From the NCBI GenBank assembly GCA_964016885.1, contig OZ024751.1, forward strand, positions 15,190,001-15,254,000: 64,000 nucleotides of DNA, in the 5' to 3' direction. Of the stretch, positions 25,434-39,450 are shown piece by piece. Source of the DNA: Eledone cirrhosa (lineage: Eukaryota). The notes under the pieces are model-generated. The model saw only the letters and a program-made list of their open reading frames with translations. It searched no databases and had not been told where the DNA came from. The position numbers were made by a program, and so were the translations under genes. Each line of letters begins with the position of its first letter. Position 1 is the stretch's first letter.

Positions 25434-28400
25434 GGGGGGGGGGGAGAGACAGATACATACGTATGTTAATGCGATCCGACTTGTAGTTAACGGGGTGTTG
25501 TGGTGTCCAGCCGCAACCATCCCGCCTCTTTTTCTCCTGACTTGCTAGCTTTAAACGTGGGATTAAAAGGAGATATGGCTGCTATTTCTTGATGGCTTGA
25601 TATTTGCGTTTGTTTGTGTGTATTTTAAGTTTGTTCCCCGACAATATGCCCCAGGCACGTCTAATCTTAATTTTAATTTCAAACGTACGTTACCCTTCAA
25701 ATTCCATCGCTCTCCTTTCCTCTCGTATAACTACAAACTAGCCAAAGAACTTAACATATGTGATAAGTCTTTGATGCATAAATTAGGTTGGATAGTCACG
25801 GCTTGAACGCTTTTTGTTTATAGGTCTGATCAGGGATGACCTGGGGTTAAAACAACAACCACTAAACATTTTTTTAGATGAAAGAACCTAAAATATATTA
25901 ATCTGGTCATATTTCTCAGGTTTTGCTATCTATTCCCTACCTATACCCCTTCTCCAAATAAACTGTGGTATGTGGAATAAAGAGACTTGCTCTGACGAAA
26001 CGCACCTACAAGAAATGATTATCCATGAACTGTTAATCCTACACATTATCCACTAAGCTATTCTGTCTCTACAAATATTGATTTAACAACGAGGCCGTTG
26101 TTGTTATATCCCTTTAAAACTGGTAGTGGTGGTGCTGTGAAAAATGCTCAGTGTTTGCCATTAAGAAAGGCATAGAAAACCGAGCTAAAAGTGGATCCTA
26201 TGAGCAAGACATGGTCACTTGGCCTGTCTAGCCTCACAACACTACAACCCATCTAGCCCATGCAAGCATAGAAAATAGATGTTGAAGAGATGAACTTAAT
26301 CTTGATTAAGGCTGTTTATTGTTTTTGTTATTTTTACCTACCCTCCTTTCGGAATTAATAAAACTCTGGTGCTCCTTTGTACTGACTGCTGATCTCCTAA
26401 AGTCTGGTGGGGTTATGTCTGTCATAAAATATAAGCTGTCAGTGTTTGTTGCTCTAAGACAGCTTCAGTTGACAAGAAGTTTGAAGGGTTAGTGTACTTA
26501 GCTCAGTTGAACACAGTGTCAGATGACCTTGTATTTGTGAACCTGCTGAAGATGTTGTAGTGAACCCTCACATTCACATTTGTCCGATTATGAAGTTGAG
26601 ACAATGATCAAGAGTCTAAAGTCTGTCTCAAGTCCGAAGGCTCATTAGGCTGTTGCTTATCTTGGTTTTCATGGCGTAAAGTGACAGTACAAAACTCCCC
26701 CCTTGACAATACACCAGCCCATTGCAGGGTTAAACCCCCCAGATACTCATTTTCAGCTGAGCATCCTGGAGCAACGGAAAATGAAGTGTTTTGCTCAAGA
26801 ACACAACACACAACTTAGTTCAGGAATCGAACCCACAACATTATGATCATAAGTCCATCACCCTGCATGTTATTGAAGAGATATTTCAGATGAAGTTACC
26901 TGGAGTTGGTGCTTTGCTTCATGATTTCTTAGATGAAAGGCCAACTCTTGTCACAGAGAGATTGGCACAGTGGTGATTCTCTTCATCATGTAAATTTGAA
27001 AAAAATTGTCAGCCTTTCCTATGTTACTGAGAAATCTTTATCTTGTGCAGCAGCATACATAAATCAACGCATCAGCACCTTGTGGTCATTGAAGTCAGTC
27101 GGATTTGAACTTTGAGACCTGAAACAAACACTGGAAAACATTCTATCTGATGTTCTAATGACTCTGCCAATTTGCCACATATCACCATTACCATTATTAT
27201 TATTTTCTTCAATTCTGAGGGTGGTGGATTGACAATATCGGTAGGGCGATGGATAGCATGCTTTGCAGCATATAGTCACAGCTCTTTACATTTTGAGTTC
27301 AATTCCAGCTGCAGTTAACTTTGCCTTTCATCCTTAAAGAGTTGATAAAGTAAAGTACCAATAACACACTGGGGTTGATTTAATCAACTTTCCCTTCCCC
27401 CAAAATTGTTGGCCTTGTGCCTAAATCAGAAACCATTATTTTCTTCAATTCCAATAACCTTTTTCTTTTCTGTTTCTTTCTTTTTGCAGAGTTTTTTAGG
27501 TTTTGGCCAGAGTGCTGAGATTGACATTGTATTAGATGGCCAAGAAAGCAGAAAAACTGCTGAGATTAAAACTGAAGAAGGTAAAAAAGAGAGACATTTT
27601 CTCTACTTTGATGGTGAAACAGTATCCGGCAAGGTAAGATATTCTCTTTATCTTATATTTTGATAGGATTTCTTACAAATATTTTTGTTGGATTATCATT
27701 ATCTTAATGTTCTAATGATTTCAACATTATTTTACTATTTAACCTTTTTGATACCAAACTGTCCGAAACTGTGTCTGGTTCTGTGATATAAGATTATTCA
27801 ACGTGTTTACATCTAAGAAACTTCCTTCCTTATTTGATGTAAATACTTTACCCCAAAAGGTGGTCTTTGTAGCAGAGTTGTAAGACTGTTGGATATTTGT
27901 TCCAGATCTGTGTGTTCTGAGTTCACATCCCACCGAGGTCTACTCGCCCTTTCATCCTTTCTGGGTCAATAAAGAAAGTGTACCAACCCAATACTAGTGT
28001 AGCCTTGTCTCTCTTTCTAGCTGTCACGTCCTCGATGACGGGAAGGAGAGTCGTCAAGTGGCTGTCTGTGTTGGCTCACAATGGCACGGGCACCTAAGAC
28101 CCTTAGCATGGTACATACTTAGTTAAAAAGTCTGTCTCGAGCCCAGAGGCTCATCAGGCCGGTACTTATCCCTGTTTCTGTGGTGTGAAGCAACTGAGTA
28201 TATATATGATTCCCCACTGGACAGGACGCCAGTCCATCGCATGGTTACCCCCCAACCCCCGATATTGCTGGTACTCATTTTCAGCTGAGTATACTGGAGC
28301 AACGTTAAATGAAGTGTTTTACTCAGAACATAACACCCCCCCCCCCCCCAGCCCAGAAATAGAACCCACAACCACTAGGTCACATGCCTCCACTCCATAC

Positions 28401-31400
28401 TGATAAGTTATAATTGATTGCATATAACAGCTGTAGGTTTATAACATGGAGGTATTGTAATAAACTCTATTGTCAATCTAAAACAAAGTGTATCAGGATA
28501 TTTGGTGTTGATTCATTTCTCTGGCCATATACAAGACATGATAGATGTAATGGTGTATGAATAGTTGGAAAAAAGATTTTCACAGACAGTAATATTCTTT
28601 GTCTAGATAGCATTATAGAGTGACTCTCTCAAAGTTTGATCCTCTTCATTGTACATGTTACTAATTACCATGAGTTCATAACATTTACAATTTTGTTTTA
28701 ATTTTTAAAATATCTTTAATGATATTTCTATTTAATGTATATATATATATATATATTTAATTCTCACCCTTTTTCTAAACTAGGTGAATGTCACTTTGAA
28801 AAAGAGTGGCAACAAATTGGAACACCAGGGTATTAAAATAGAATTTATTGGACAAATTGGTAAGTAATCCCCTTTCGAATGTTTATAGTATTTACTATAA
28901 ATATTTCTTCCTTCCATTACTTTTCTGTTTATCTTGTCTTCCTAATTTGTTTAATGAAGAAAGTAGCTTCAGTTCTGATCATTTCTATATTGTTCAGCTG
29001 TTAAAAATTCTTTAAATCAGAAGAATAGGGGCTGCAACTATGATATATGTAGAACTTCCTAGAACTGTTTTGATATAATAGAGTTGATATTCTCAAGAGA
29101 AAACTGATAGATGAAGGTTATATTTAACGAGTTAGCAGGGAAGCTTTCATACTAGATATGGTATTATACATAGAGTTGATATTCTCAAGAGAAAACTACA
29201 GAGGTTATATTTAACAAGTTAGCTGGGAGGTTATACCAGATATGGGGAGATAGTTGATATTTTTGAGAGAAAACTGACAGGCTATATTTAACAAGATAGC
29301 TGGGCAGTTATCATACCAGATAGGACCAAAGACTAACAGCATTGCTATCATCAATTTTTCAAGGGCAGGAGACCATTGCTGTGTGATATAGAACAGCAAT
29401 TCTTTAGAAACTCTTGCTTTACAGAACCAATTGTTGTGGTCACTGGGACAGGAAAGATGTTTATATTTTATGATTTCTTCCCCTTATATTTGGGTGGAAG
29501 ATGTAATCCATCACTCAGTTTAACCCTTTAGCATTCACATTACTCTATGTTTACTATTGTAATTTCACAGAAAAGGCTCTATTTTACATTATATCGAATC
29601 TACGAGATTTTGATATTTATTTTGAGAACAATACCTTAACATCATTATGAACGGCCAGTTACGACTGGTTTGAACAGATGGAGGTGAGAGAATTCTGGCC
29701 AGATATGGCTGATTTAAATGCTAAAGGGTTAAGTCTGTGCATTTGGGCAGAAAACCTGATCATATGATGGAAATATTAATTAATGAAATCTATATTAATT
29801 GCCATTCCATATCTAATCTGAAACATCAAGTGAGCTTAATTTATTAATTCATTAATGAAATTATTTCAGAGTTGTATTACGACCGTGGCAATCACCATGA
29901 ATTTACATCACTTGTCAAGGAATTGGCTCGACCAGGTATCCTAACCCAAAGTACCAGCTACAATTTTGAGTTTTTACAAGTTGAGAAGCCATATGAATCT
30001 TATACTGGTGTCAATGTTAGGTTGAGGTATGTATACACACACACTCACTCACTATGTCCTCTTTCTTAGCAACTTTCTTGTTATTTATCTGGTGTTTGGA
30101 GCATAACTTAACAAAGGTTTTTAGATAAACTAGCAGAAAAACCACCCGAAAGGTGGTTTTCTGCTAGCATGTGTAGTGTGCATATTGATATTAGCCTCAC
30201 CATCACCTGGAGTAACACTGTGAGTGTGTTGGCTTGCCTAAAAAATCATTAGAGTGGTTGCCCAGTACTCCTCGCTGCTGTCTTTTGCTTTGGTGGTGGC
30301 TCGGTTGTTCACCCCTTCCTTTACATTTTCTTTAATATTGCAACATTAAAGGAATATATCCTTCTGACAGAATCGCGAGCAATTTATAATGTTATCTAAG
30401 CATTTGTAATGTTATTTATGTATATACTTAAAACATATTTATGTTATTCTACTGTAAATTTATTTATATGCTTTGTATACATCATGTGTTCATATTTTCA
30501 CTCCCATTTGTAACGTTATTTAATAAAATAAAAATATATATGCATGTAGATATAAATCAAATTGTAATTGACAATATACACAGAAATTGAACGAAGACTG
30601 CGTTACACTCTCTTATGTAATCAGTAACATAATCCATGATACATTAAAAAAAGACATTATATTAAACTTCATTAGGAGATAATTAGTGACGGAAATATAT
30701 GAATATTTATTTAAGTGATCGCTAACCGGAAATGATGACATTTGAAAATTTTAAAGAAGTGAATCTTTAAATAAACAAAATATATTTAATCAACAGCTAC
30801 GAAATTTAGTAGATAAATTATGTAATATTCATTCATTATTTATTCAAAGTAATCCAACTTATTTTACTAACTGGATTAAAAAAAATAAGCCGTACACAAT
30901 CCCGTACTCCTTACTTTATTATAGTTTAGATATGGTGGCGATGTCGTTAGAAGGTCAGATAGAATGCTTTGCCTTTCTTCCTTTCGAGGTTGATAAAAAA
31001 AAGTACCAGTCCAATACTGGAGTCATTTCTACTCTATCTCTTTCCTTCCCTGGAAGAACTTGACTGTATTCAGATCTGGAGAAAGAATGGGTTCTACCAA
31101 GCTTTAAAAATGCCCCAAGAAACGCTGTATGACATTATGGCAGCCCTACAACTCCACTGGGAGTTATGGGTTCATACATACATAAGCACTTTAAAAAAAC
31201 AAACACTTTTGTAATTTAGGGCTTGGAGAAGGGTATGAATTTTGGTATTAAAGGGGTTTAAAAGAAATATCAAAGTATAATTCTAGTTCCAAACGTTTTT
31301 GTCTTTCTAAAAATGACAAATATTTCAAGTTTTACTTTTCCTTTTCTTTCATCTGTTTATCTTAAATGAAATTGTTTGTTGTTTTGTATAGATACTTTTT

Positions 31401-34400
31401 GCGTGTGACCATAGTGAAGAGAATCACAGATGTAGTGAAGGAACAAGACATTATTGTACATACACTCTCTCAATATCCTGATATGAACAATAGCATCAAA
31501 ATGGAAGTCGGCATTGAAGATTGCTTACATATAGAATTTGAATATAACAAATCCAAGTAAGTTTCTCTAGATGTTCCTATCTGTCTGTCTGTCCCATTGC
31601 AATTCTGGCAAGAAAACGATTGTGTCGCTGTCTCTCTAGTGAGAAGCTAATAGCTGTCTGTCTCCCTCTCTCACTCCTCTCTCTCTCTGTTTGTCTAGCA
31701 TGATCATATTTTCAGTTCTCCCTAATAAAAATCCAGTTGACGACAAAAACGCTTGTTCAATAATTACCACAAATAACTACTCATCACTATCTACCTGAAC
31801 TAGTGCAGCCAATCAGCAATCACCACCACCGATCTCTAACCTCTGCCATTCGCAGAAGAATTGCAGTCTTGAAAGCTGTCTAGGCCTTGATGTTGGACCA
31901 GGAAGTATAACCTGGAGAAGGATTTTAAACAGGGAGACATGGCAAAATACATGTCTATATCGGGCATATGTAATAGCAATTGTTAATATTGTCAGCAAAC
32001 TGTAAATTCTGTTGTTAATGACTTAAAATTTAGATCAAATCTATCCACTTCTGACATTTGATTATCATTTAAAAAAATAAAATATCTACAGATGGCTACT
32101 TCTGCCATAATTTAATTAGAAAATATTAACTGTTTTTGACATGATTTGATTGTTAGTAAAATATTAACTACAGCTGACAATATCTGATACAATAATCAAT
32201 AGAATACTAACTACAGCTAACTACTTCTGACATGATTTGGTTAGTAATAAAATATTAACCACAGTTGGTTATTTTTGACGTTTACTGGTTAGTAATAGAA
32301 TATTAACTACAGCTAACTACTTGTGAGATGATTTGGTTAGTAATGAAATATTAACTACAGCTAACTACTTGTGTGTGTGTGTGTGTGACAGCTCACACGT
32401 ATGCAGGTTTAGCTGGCCTCCTCCAAGGTATATCTCGTTGGAGGTGTATTGGGTAATTTAATGATAGGGACCCCAGTCTTATCATCTCATTTCTTCAGCT
32501 GAGTAAACTGGAGCAACATGAAATAAAGTGTCTTGCTCAAGGAAATAACACATCACCCGGTCCGAGAATTGAACTCCCAACCTTTCGATTGCTAGCCCAA
32601 TGCTCTAACCACTAAGCCATGCGCTTTGTGATATGATTTGGTTAGTAATAAAATATTAACTACAGCTGGCTGCTTTTGACATATTCTGGTTAGTAATATA
32701 TTAAACACAGCTGGCTACTTCTCACACAATCTGGTTAGTATTAGTGAATTAACTACAACTGTTTAGTTCTGACTGTATGAGAGCCAGCTGAAAAGTTCCT
32801 AGGATGACCAAGATACTCTCATGGAATGACCAAATGAAGTATATTTTTCAACATAATTCCCTGAAAAGAAACAATGCAGTTATTAATAAGAAGAGTTGAA
32901 ATTAATGCATACAAGATTTCACAGCTCTAGCATCACTCCTTCATAGTCAGCCTATGAACTTTTCAACCTACCCTTGTAAATTGAAATGCTATGGAAAAAT
33001 GTCTGTTTTGATTGTTTGATCAGCAACTGTGGTTGTTTTCTAGGTATCATTTGAAAGATGTAATAGTAGGGAAAATATATTTCCTACTTGTTCGAATAAA
33101 AATCAAACACATGGAAATACAAATCATTAAAAGAGAGACCACTGGAACTGGTGAGTAGATAGATGTCTTATTACTGTATATACTCAAATATAAGTTCCCC
33201 CCAAAAAATCAATGTTAGAGGGGTTGGGGGTGGGGGTGGCTTATATTCAAGGTCAATATTTTGATAATTTTCTCCAACTTCAAATTCTACTTAAATAATG
33301 TTTGAATTTTTGCCCAATTTCTCAAACATAAGAGTCGGGTTGGCTTATATTTGTATGGACTTATATTTGAGTATATACAGTAATTGTTGTTGTTGTTTAA
33401 CCCCAGGTTAATCTTAACCCAATAGATTTATGATGAAAGATGTTTCAATAGTGACCAGCCCATCTTTTTAGTCATACATGGTGTATCAAAGACTATTCTA
33501 GCCAATGAGTTCTTTTTTTAAAAAAGAAATTAGGGTGTGATTTGTGGGATATTTAATAAAATAACTATCTTTCTCATTATTAAGCTGGTGTTTGGAGTAT
33601 AACTTAAAGTTTTGTGTCTTAGAACCAGGGGCAGTTTCAGGGGGTTTGGTATCAACAGGGTTAGCTCCAGCTCCTGGCCCTTGTGTGATTTAACAGAGTC
33701 AATTCTAATATGTTGTTTCTTATTGCAGTAAAGACCCTATATAACATACAGCCTGGTACTGGGTCACTTTTATATAGACACTAACATACTAACTTTTACT
33801 GGGTTTGTTATATATATATATACATTATATAACATACTGTTACTGGTCACTTTTATATAGACACTAACAGACATTGTTACTGGCTCACTTATATATCATA
33901 TATAGAATTTATATAGCATACTGTTATTGGATGACTTATATATAAACACTAACATACACACAGTTACTGGGTCACTTATATATAGACACAAACATACACA
34001 GTTACTGGGTCACTTATATATAGACACAAACATACACAGTTACTGGGTCACATATATATATATAGACATTAATATAGCATAATGTTATTGGGTCACATAT
34101 ATAGACACTAACATACTGTACACTGTTACTGGGTCACTTATATAGAGACATTATATAGCTCACTGTTACTGTTACTGGGTCACACATATAAAGATACTAA
34201 GTAAGATAACACACTAAAATTATTACCAGATCTGATATTTTGTTCCCATTTCCAGGTCCCAATGTTTACAATGAAAATGAAACTATTGCAAAATATGAGA
34301 TCATGGATGGAGCACCTGTCCGAGGTATGTGTAGTTTCATCAATGTTTCTTGGCTGAATTTATTGATCTATTGATTAAATATCTATATTTATTAATATCT

Positions 34401-36036
34401 TAAATATCTATATTTATTAATATCTTAAATATCCATACTTTTTGATTTAATTAGAAATGTTGTTTGGGTTACTATTTTGTGTTAATTAGAAATATCAATC
34501 CTAGTTAAGAGAGGTGGGGCTGGATGAAGTTGACAAATTGGCTGTTCTTATGCATACCGTGATTCCTCTATTATAAGACCTACACCAAAAATAAGCCTCT
34601 AGCATGATTTTTATGCTGCTATCCAATATAAGCCCTAATACCTTTGGGAGGAGGGGGGGATATATAAGACGTCTCTTATAATAGGGGCAACACGGTGTGT
34701 GTGTGTGTATATATATATATACACACACATGTCTATGTGTCCTTTTACTGACAACCTCTCAGCTATACAGTTGCTGTATTGGTGCTGCTCAGTAGATCTG
34801 AAATGTTGCCAGGCTGTAGCTTTGAATTTACAATATTTTTGCTGAAAGCATCAAACATTCTGCTGAGTGCTTCAGAAAATTTAGAGGAGACATTGCTGAC
34901 AACACTTTAATCAATAATACTTAAAAGTAACTGGTGACATTTGTTTATGTCCTGCATAGACAATATCCTGCAGTGTAGCATTCCTCCACATATGAGCAGT
35001 ATAAATCATACTTAAAGAATGGTTTGGCATTATGACGAGCATCCAGCGAGAGAAAGACTGCTGCAAAAAGTTTTGTCCAGCCCATATTGTCATTATCATC
35101 GTTTAACATCCATTTTCCATGCTAGCATAGGTTAGACAGGTTGTCCCATTAGAGCCAAGTCTGGTCAGGTGACCGTGTCTTGCTCATATAGAAGCGTTTC
35201 TAGATTGGTTTCTACAGCTGGATGTCCTTCCTAATGCCAACCACATTTACAGAGAAGGCTGAGTGCTTTTTGTCATGACACCTTCACCACCACTTTAGTA
35301 TGGGCTGGGTGCTTTTTGTCATGACACCTACACACCCACTTTACAGTGTGGGCTGGGTACTTTTTGTCGTGACACCTTCACGACCACTTTACAGTGTGGA
35401 CTGGGTACTTTTCGTCGTGACACCTTCACGACCACTTTACAGTGTCGCCTGGGTGCATTTTGTCGCGACACCTATACGACTACTTTATAGCGTGGGCTAG
35501 GTGATTTTTGTCGTGACACCTAAACGACCACTTTACAGTGTGGGTGGGGTGCTTTTTGTTATGACGACTACAATTGTAAAAACGTTGGTGGTGGCATTGA
35601 TGCATGTCAATTTTTATTATATTTTCTCCTAATGTTCTGTTTTGTTATTTATAGGTGAATCTATACCAATTCGACTCTTCTTAAGTGGATATGATTTAAC
35701 ACCAACTATGAGAGACATCAATAAAAAGTTTTCTGTTCGTTATCACCTTAATTTAGTTTTAGTTGACGAGGAAGAACGCCGCTATTTCAAACAACAGGTA
35801 ACTTTCAACTATTACGAATCTCACTCATTCTTTTTCAGAGATCTGTGATAGGTTTTTGACAATGTCTCCCTATTCCTCAGCAGCATTGGTCATTTACAAG
35901 TGTTCTATCTCTCTCTTTCAACGTGAAATAAAGTGTCTTGCTCAAGGACATAACGTATAGCCTGGTCTGGGAATCAAAATCACAACCTCACAATTGTGAA
36001 TCCAATTCTCTAACCACTCAGCCACACGCCTTCACC

Positions 36037-36094
<58 letters not shown>

Positions 36095-38963
36095 CAATTT
36101 AGGGGAAAAACCAAAGATTTTATAATTCAAATCCTTTTATTAATTTCTACGACTGTTTCGATTTATTGAAATGTAATTGCAAACATCAATAATAATTTGC
36201 AGATTAATAAATTAATTAAATCAACAAATATTGTACAAATCATTTCACAAATCTCATCAGGAAATAAATTTTAGATTTGGGGAATAAATGTCCCAATTAC
36301 CAGGTAGGCATGTGATAATAAACAAATTACAGGCATGAAATGAAAAGAAGTTTGAAAACCATATATATATATATATATATATATACAGTGATACGTCGCA
36401 GTTCAAGTTTAATTCGTTCCATGACCGAGCTCGTTTTATGATTTACTTGTTTTACAAATCAATTTTCCCCATTAAAATTATTTAAAATATAAATAATCCA
36501 TTCCAGCCCCCCCAAAACCACCCCAAAATTATTTTTATTGGTTTCTTCCACTAATTATTGTAAAATAAAAACACACAAAACTAAAAAAAACACTGGGAAA
36601 GCACTGAGCGAGCAGAGGCTGTGCTTGTTCGGAGATTGTGTGTGAGCTTTGGCACTGACTTGCTCGTGCTACAGATTTCCACTCATACAAGACAAAAATG
36701 TTCACAAGCCACAGCTCATACAGCAAATTACTCATACAATAGGGCACTCGTACTGCGAGGTTCTACTGAATATATATATATATAGTAATAATAAATGTGA
36801 AGACTAAAATCTCGATAAGGATTATATATATATATAAACCTGTAGAGCAAATATTTATTATAAGAACAGATTAAAATTTAAGCAAAGAGTCACTGCTTTC
36901 ACCCTTAACAGGATCTTCTGGAACTAAAAAAAATCAATCTGTGGACGCAGAAGTAAATATTTCGAAAAACATTACAACCAAAGGAAACCAGGAAGACGAT
37001 ACTTTGGTTCGTGAAGACATTCCCTGGCAATGAATGGAAAAAAGTGAAGATAATTACGCCATTATGTGGAGCGATGAGAACAATTTCTTGCAATGACAAA
37101 AACACATTTATGGTATAAAAGAAGTCATAGACTAATATTCTATTTAGAATAACCAAATAATTTCCAGCTTCAGAGTTTAAGAATGATGTAAATAAAATTG
37201 TTAAACGAAAAAGACAGAGGTTATTAAAATAGTAAAAGTAAACAATAGTAATATTTTAATAACCTCTGTCTTTTTCGTTTAACAACTTTATTTACATTAT
37301 TCTTAAACTATGGAGCTTGATTTTTTTTTTAGTTTCAGAAGATCACGTTAAGGGTGAAAGCAGCGATTCTTTGCTTAAACTTTAATGTTCTTATAATATA
37401 TATATATATATATATATAGCCATAGAAACCAATCAAAAACAGTTCTGTATGAGCAAGACACAGCCACCTTACCTGACAACCTCTCTAACCCATGCTAATG
37501 TGGAAAATGGACATTAAACAATGATGATGGTGATGACATATATATATATAAACATGGAAAAGCAAATGTATAATACGCACTAAGTGCAATTCAGTTAACT
37601 ATAACCTCTCACTAACAAAAAGTGCCCTGTCTTGGCAACGGTAGTGTGCTGGATTGTATGTAAGCAAGTTATGGGCCGCTGGCCTGTCTGAGCTCTTGGT
37701 AGAGTGCAGGAATGTATGTAGGCTCCCAGTCCATCCATGGTGGACTGAGCAAGCACCGCTACATGTGTAATGACCTGGTCTGCTGACAGCCTATCCAACC
37801 CTTGATAGCTGGGAAAGCAGATGTTAAATGATGATGATGATGTGAGACAATAACAAATTTCATTCATTGTGTTAGATGCCATGTTGTCTTTCAGATCTTC
37901 CTATGATCAATGAAATATGTACCAGTTACTTATTGGCAGTTAAATGAATTTGCTACTACTATCACTACTATTACTGATATTGTACAGAAGGAGTGTGGCC
38001 TAGTGGTTATGGTGATGAGCTCAGTCACAACAGCTGGAAGTTAACCCTTCACTGAACTGACATCCCATGTTGTACCTTAATCACTTAATGCCATGGGAAA
38101 CTGGGATAAACTCTGGGTTTGGGACCAACTGGATTGCAGCATGTGTTTCGGTGGGTGAGGGAGGAATTAACAGATGAACCTCAGGATTTGGGTCAAACTA
38201 GATCACAGCATATTTTTAGGTGGGTCAGGGGTTAACAGATGAACCTCAGGGCTTGGGGCAGACTAGATCACAGCATATTTTTAGGTAGGTCAGGGGTTAA
38301 CAGATGAACCTCAGGGTTTGGGTCAGACTAGATCGCAGCATATTTTTAGGTAGGTCAGGGGTTAACAGATGAATACCAGAGTTTGGGTCAAACTAGATCA
38401 CAGCATATTTTTGAGGTGGGTCAGGGGTTAACAAATGAACCTCAGGGTTTGTGACATTAGATCACAGCATATATTTAGGTGAGGGAGGGGTTAACAGATT
38501 TGCCTCTGGGATTGAGACTAGATTACAGTGAGTGTGGGGCTAATTACCTTAATGGTTTGTCAAAATGACAACAGATTATCATCATCATCGTTTTTATGTT
38601 TCTTTTTTCCATGCTGCCATGGGTTGGGCAGGTTCATCTCAGCACAGCATCTCTCTACTAGCTGTGTTTCTTTATCATCTCCTATGTGATTAGTACATAA
38701 GATATTGTTTATATGTTTCTATACAGCCGTGAGAGAACATGTGACAGCTGCTATAGTACACATACACATCTCAAATGGTAATTTTTATGAGTAATTTTGT
38801 TTTATTTTGTTTTTATCAGGAAATCACCATATTCCGGAAAGCTGACAAAGTACGTAAAAGCTTCCAGGCCACATTGCAAGCCCAGCACGCTACAATGCAG
38901 AGAATGACTGCTCGTCGGGAACAGGCTGAAGCTAATAAAGATAACAGTAGCGATGACCAGTAA
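22638..38963 (+). CDS. VPS26: Vacuolar protein sorting 26 (retromer subunit, VPS26B-like N-terminus); join(22638..22640,27490..27633,28784..28859,29870..30026,31392..31556,33044..33150,34256..34324,35655..35797,38820..38963), 335 aa
   Basis: Spliced translation MSFLGFGQSAEIDIVL...YDRGNHHEF...[45 protein letters not shown]...YEIMDGAPVRGESIPIRLFL...RRYFKQQEI; 1008 nt in frame, all GT-AG. Confidence 0.97.
27490..27633 (+). CDS. VPS26: VPS26 exon 2
   Basis: SFLGFGQSAE...DGETVSGK; tttgcAG / AAG|GTAAG. Confidence 0.96.
28784..28859 (+). CDS. VPS26: VPS26 exon 3
   Basis: VNVTLKKSGNKLEHQGIKIEFIGQI; ctAG / G|GTAAGT. Confidence 0.95.
29524..29728. mobile_element. piggyBac-type MITE (VPS26 intron 3)
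   Basis: TTAA TSDs, CCCTTTAGCATT/AATGCTAAAGGG termini. Confidence 0.87.
29870..30026 (+). CDS. VPS26: VPS26 exon 4
   Basis: ELYYDRGNHHEF...KPYESYTGVNVRLR; tttcAG / AG|GTATGT. Confidence 0.96.
30201..30525 (+). mobile_element. 3' terminal fragment of the same CRE-like family in VPS26 intron 4
   Basis: Shares AAAATCATTAGAG.GGTTGCCCAGTACTCCTCGC and the downstream UTR with 55110-55600. Confidence 0.75.
31392..31556 (+). CDS. VPS26: VPS26 exon 5
   Basis: YFLRVTIV...[21 protein letters not shown]; tAG / AA|GTAAGT. Confidence 0.96.
32120..32770. repeat. ~50-bp minisatellite split by a SINE
   Basis: GGTTAGTAATAAAATATTAACTACAGCT repeated. Confidence 0.8.
32776..32978. mobile_element. Tc1/mariner MITE (same family as 62819)
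   Basis: CTGAAAAGTTC / GAACTTTTCAA termini, TA flanks, shared internal sequence. Confidence 0.7.
33044..33150 (+). CDS. VPS26: VPS26 exon 6
   Basis: [35 protein letters not shown]; ctAG / G|GTGAGT. Confidence 0.96.
33174..33380. mobile_element. TA-flanked pogo/Tc2-type MITE just downstream of VPS26 exon 6
   Basis: TIR CTGTATATACTCAAATATAAG / CTTATATTTGAGTATATACAG with TA flanks. Confidence 0.8.
33730..34200. repeat. ~40-bp minisatellite
   Basis: GTTACTGGGTCACTTATATATAGACAC repeated. Confidence 0.85.
34256..34324 (+). CDS. VPS26: VPS26 exon 7
   Basis: GPNVYNENETIAKYEIMDGAPVR; ccAG / G|GTATGT. Confidence 0.96.
34557..34696. mobile_element. pogo/Tc2-type MITE
   Basis: CCGTGATTCCTCTATTATAAGAC / TCTTATAATAGGGGCAACACGG imperfect TIR. 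Confidence 0.6.
35245..35570. repeat. ~51-bp tandem amplification of a SINE tail segment
   Basis: CCACTTTACAGTGTGGGCTGGGTACTTTTTGTCGTGACACC repeated ~6 times. Confidence 0.85.
35655..35797 (+). CDS. VPS26: VPS26 exon 8
   Basis: GESIPIRLFL...VDEEERRYFKQQ; tAG / CAG|GTAAC. Confidence 0.96.
36143..36265 (-). ncRNA. Minimal type I hammerhead ribozyme motif (antisense in VPS26 intron 8)
   Basis: ATTTC-CTGATGA-GATTTGTGAAATG...CATTTCAATAAATC-GAAA-C AGTC G-TA-GAAAT. Confidence 0.6.
36386..36768. mobile_element. Tigger-like MITE
   Basis: CAGTGATACGTCGCAGT / ACTGCGAGGTTCTACTG imperfect TIR inserted in a (TA)n tract. Confidence 0.55.
38110..38530. repeat. ~63-bp minisatellite
   Basis: GGGGTTAACAGATGAACCTCAGGG..ACTAGATCACAGCATATTTTTAGG repeated ~6 times. 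Confidence 0.87.
38820..38963 (+). CDS. VPS26: VPS26 terminal coding exon
   Basis: EITIFRKADK...DNSSDDQ*; tcAG acceptor, TAA stop. Confidence 0.93.
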   Translation, partial: EITIFRKADKVRKSFQATLQAQHATMQRMTARREQAEANKDNSSDDQ

Positions 38964-39081
38964 CATTTTTTCATGTTGGTAGGGCAGTGATTGCATGTGG
39001 AGACTGATAGGTGTGTCCAGTGACACAAACCTTCAAACAATATATAGTGGCTGATGATGGAAGATTTCTACTATAAAAGGA

Positions 39082-39408
39082 CATACATATATATATGTAT
39101 ATATAATATACATATACATATATATATATGTAAATATATTATATACATATATATGTATATATAATATACATATATATATATGTAAATATATATATATATG
39201 TAAATATATATATATATATGTAAATATATATATATATATATATATGTAAATATATATACATATATATGTAAATATATTATATACATATATATGTAAATAT
39301 ATTATATACATGTAAATATATTATCTACATATATACATGTATATATATATAATATATATATATATATTATATACATATATATATATACACATACATACAT
39401 ATATATAT

Positions 39409-39448
<40 letters not shown>
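39082..39448. repeat. Compound (TA)n microsatellite in the VPS26 3'UTR
   Basis: Directly visible. Confidence 0.95.
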
Positions 39449-39450
<2 letters not shown>

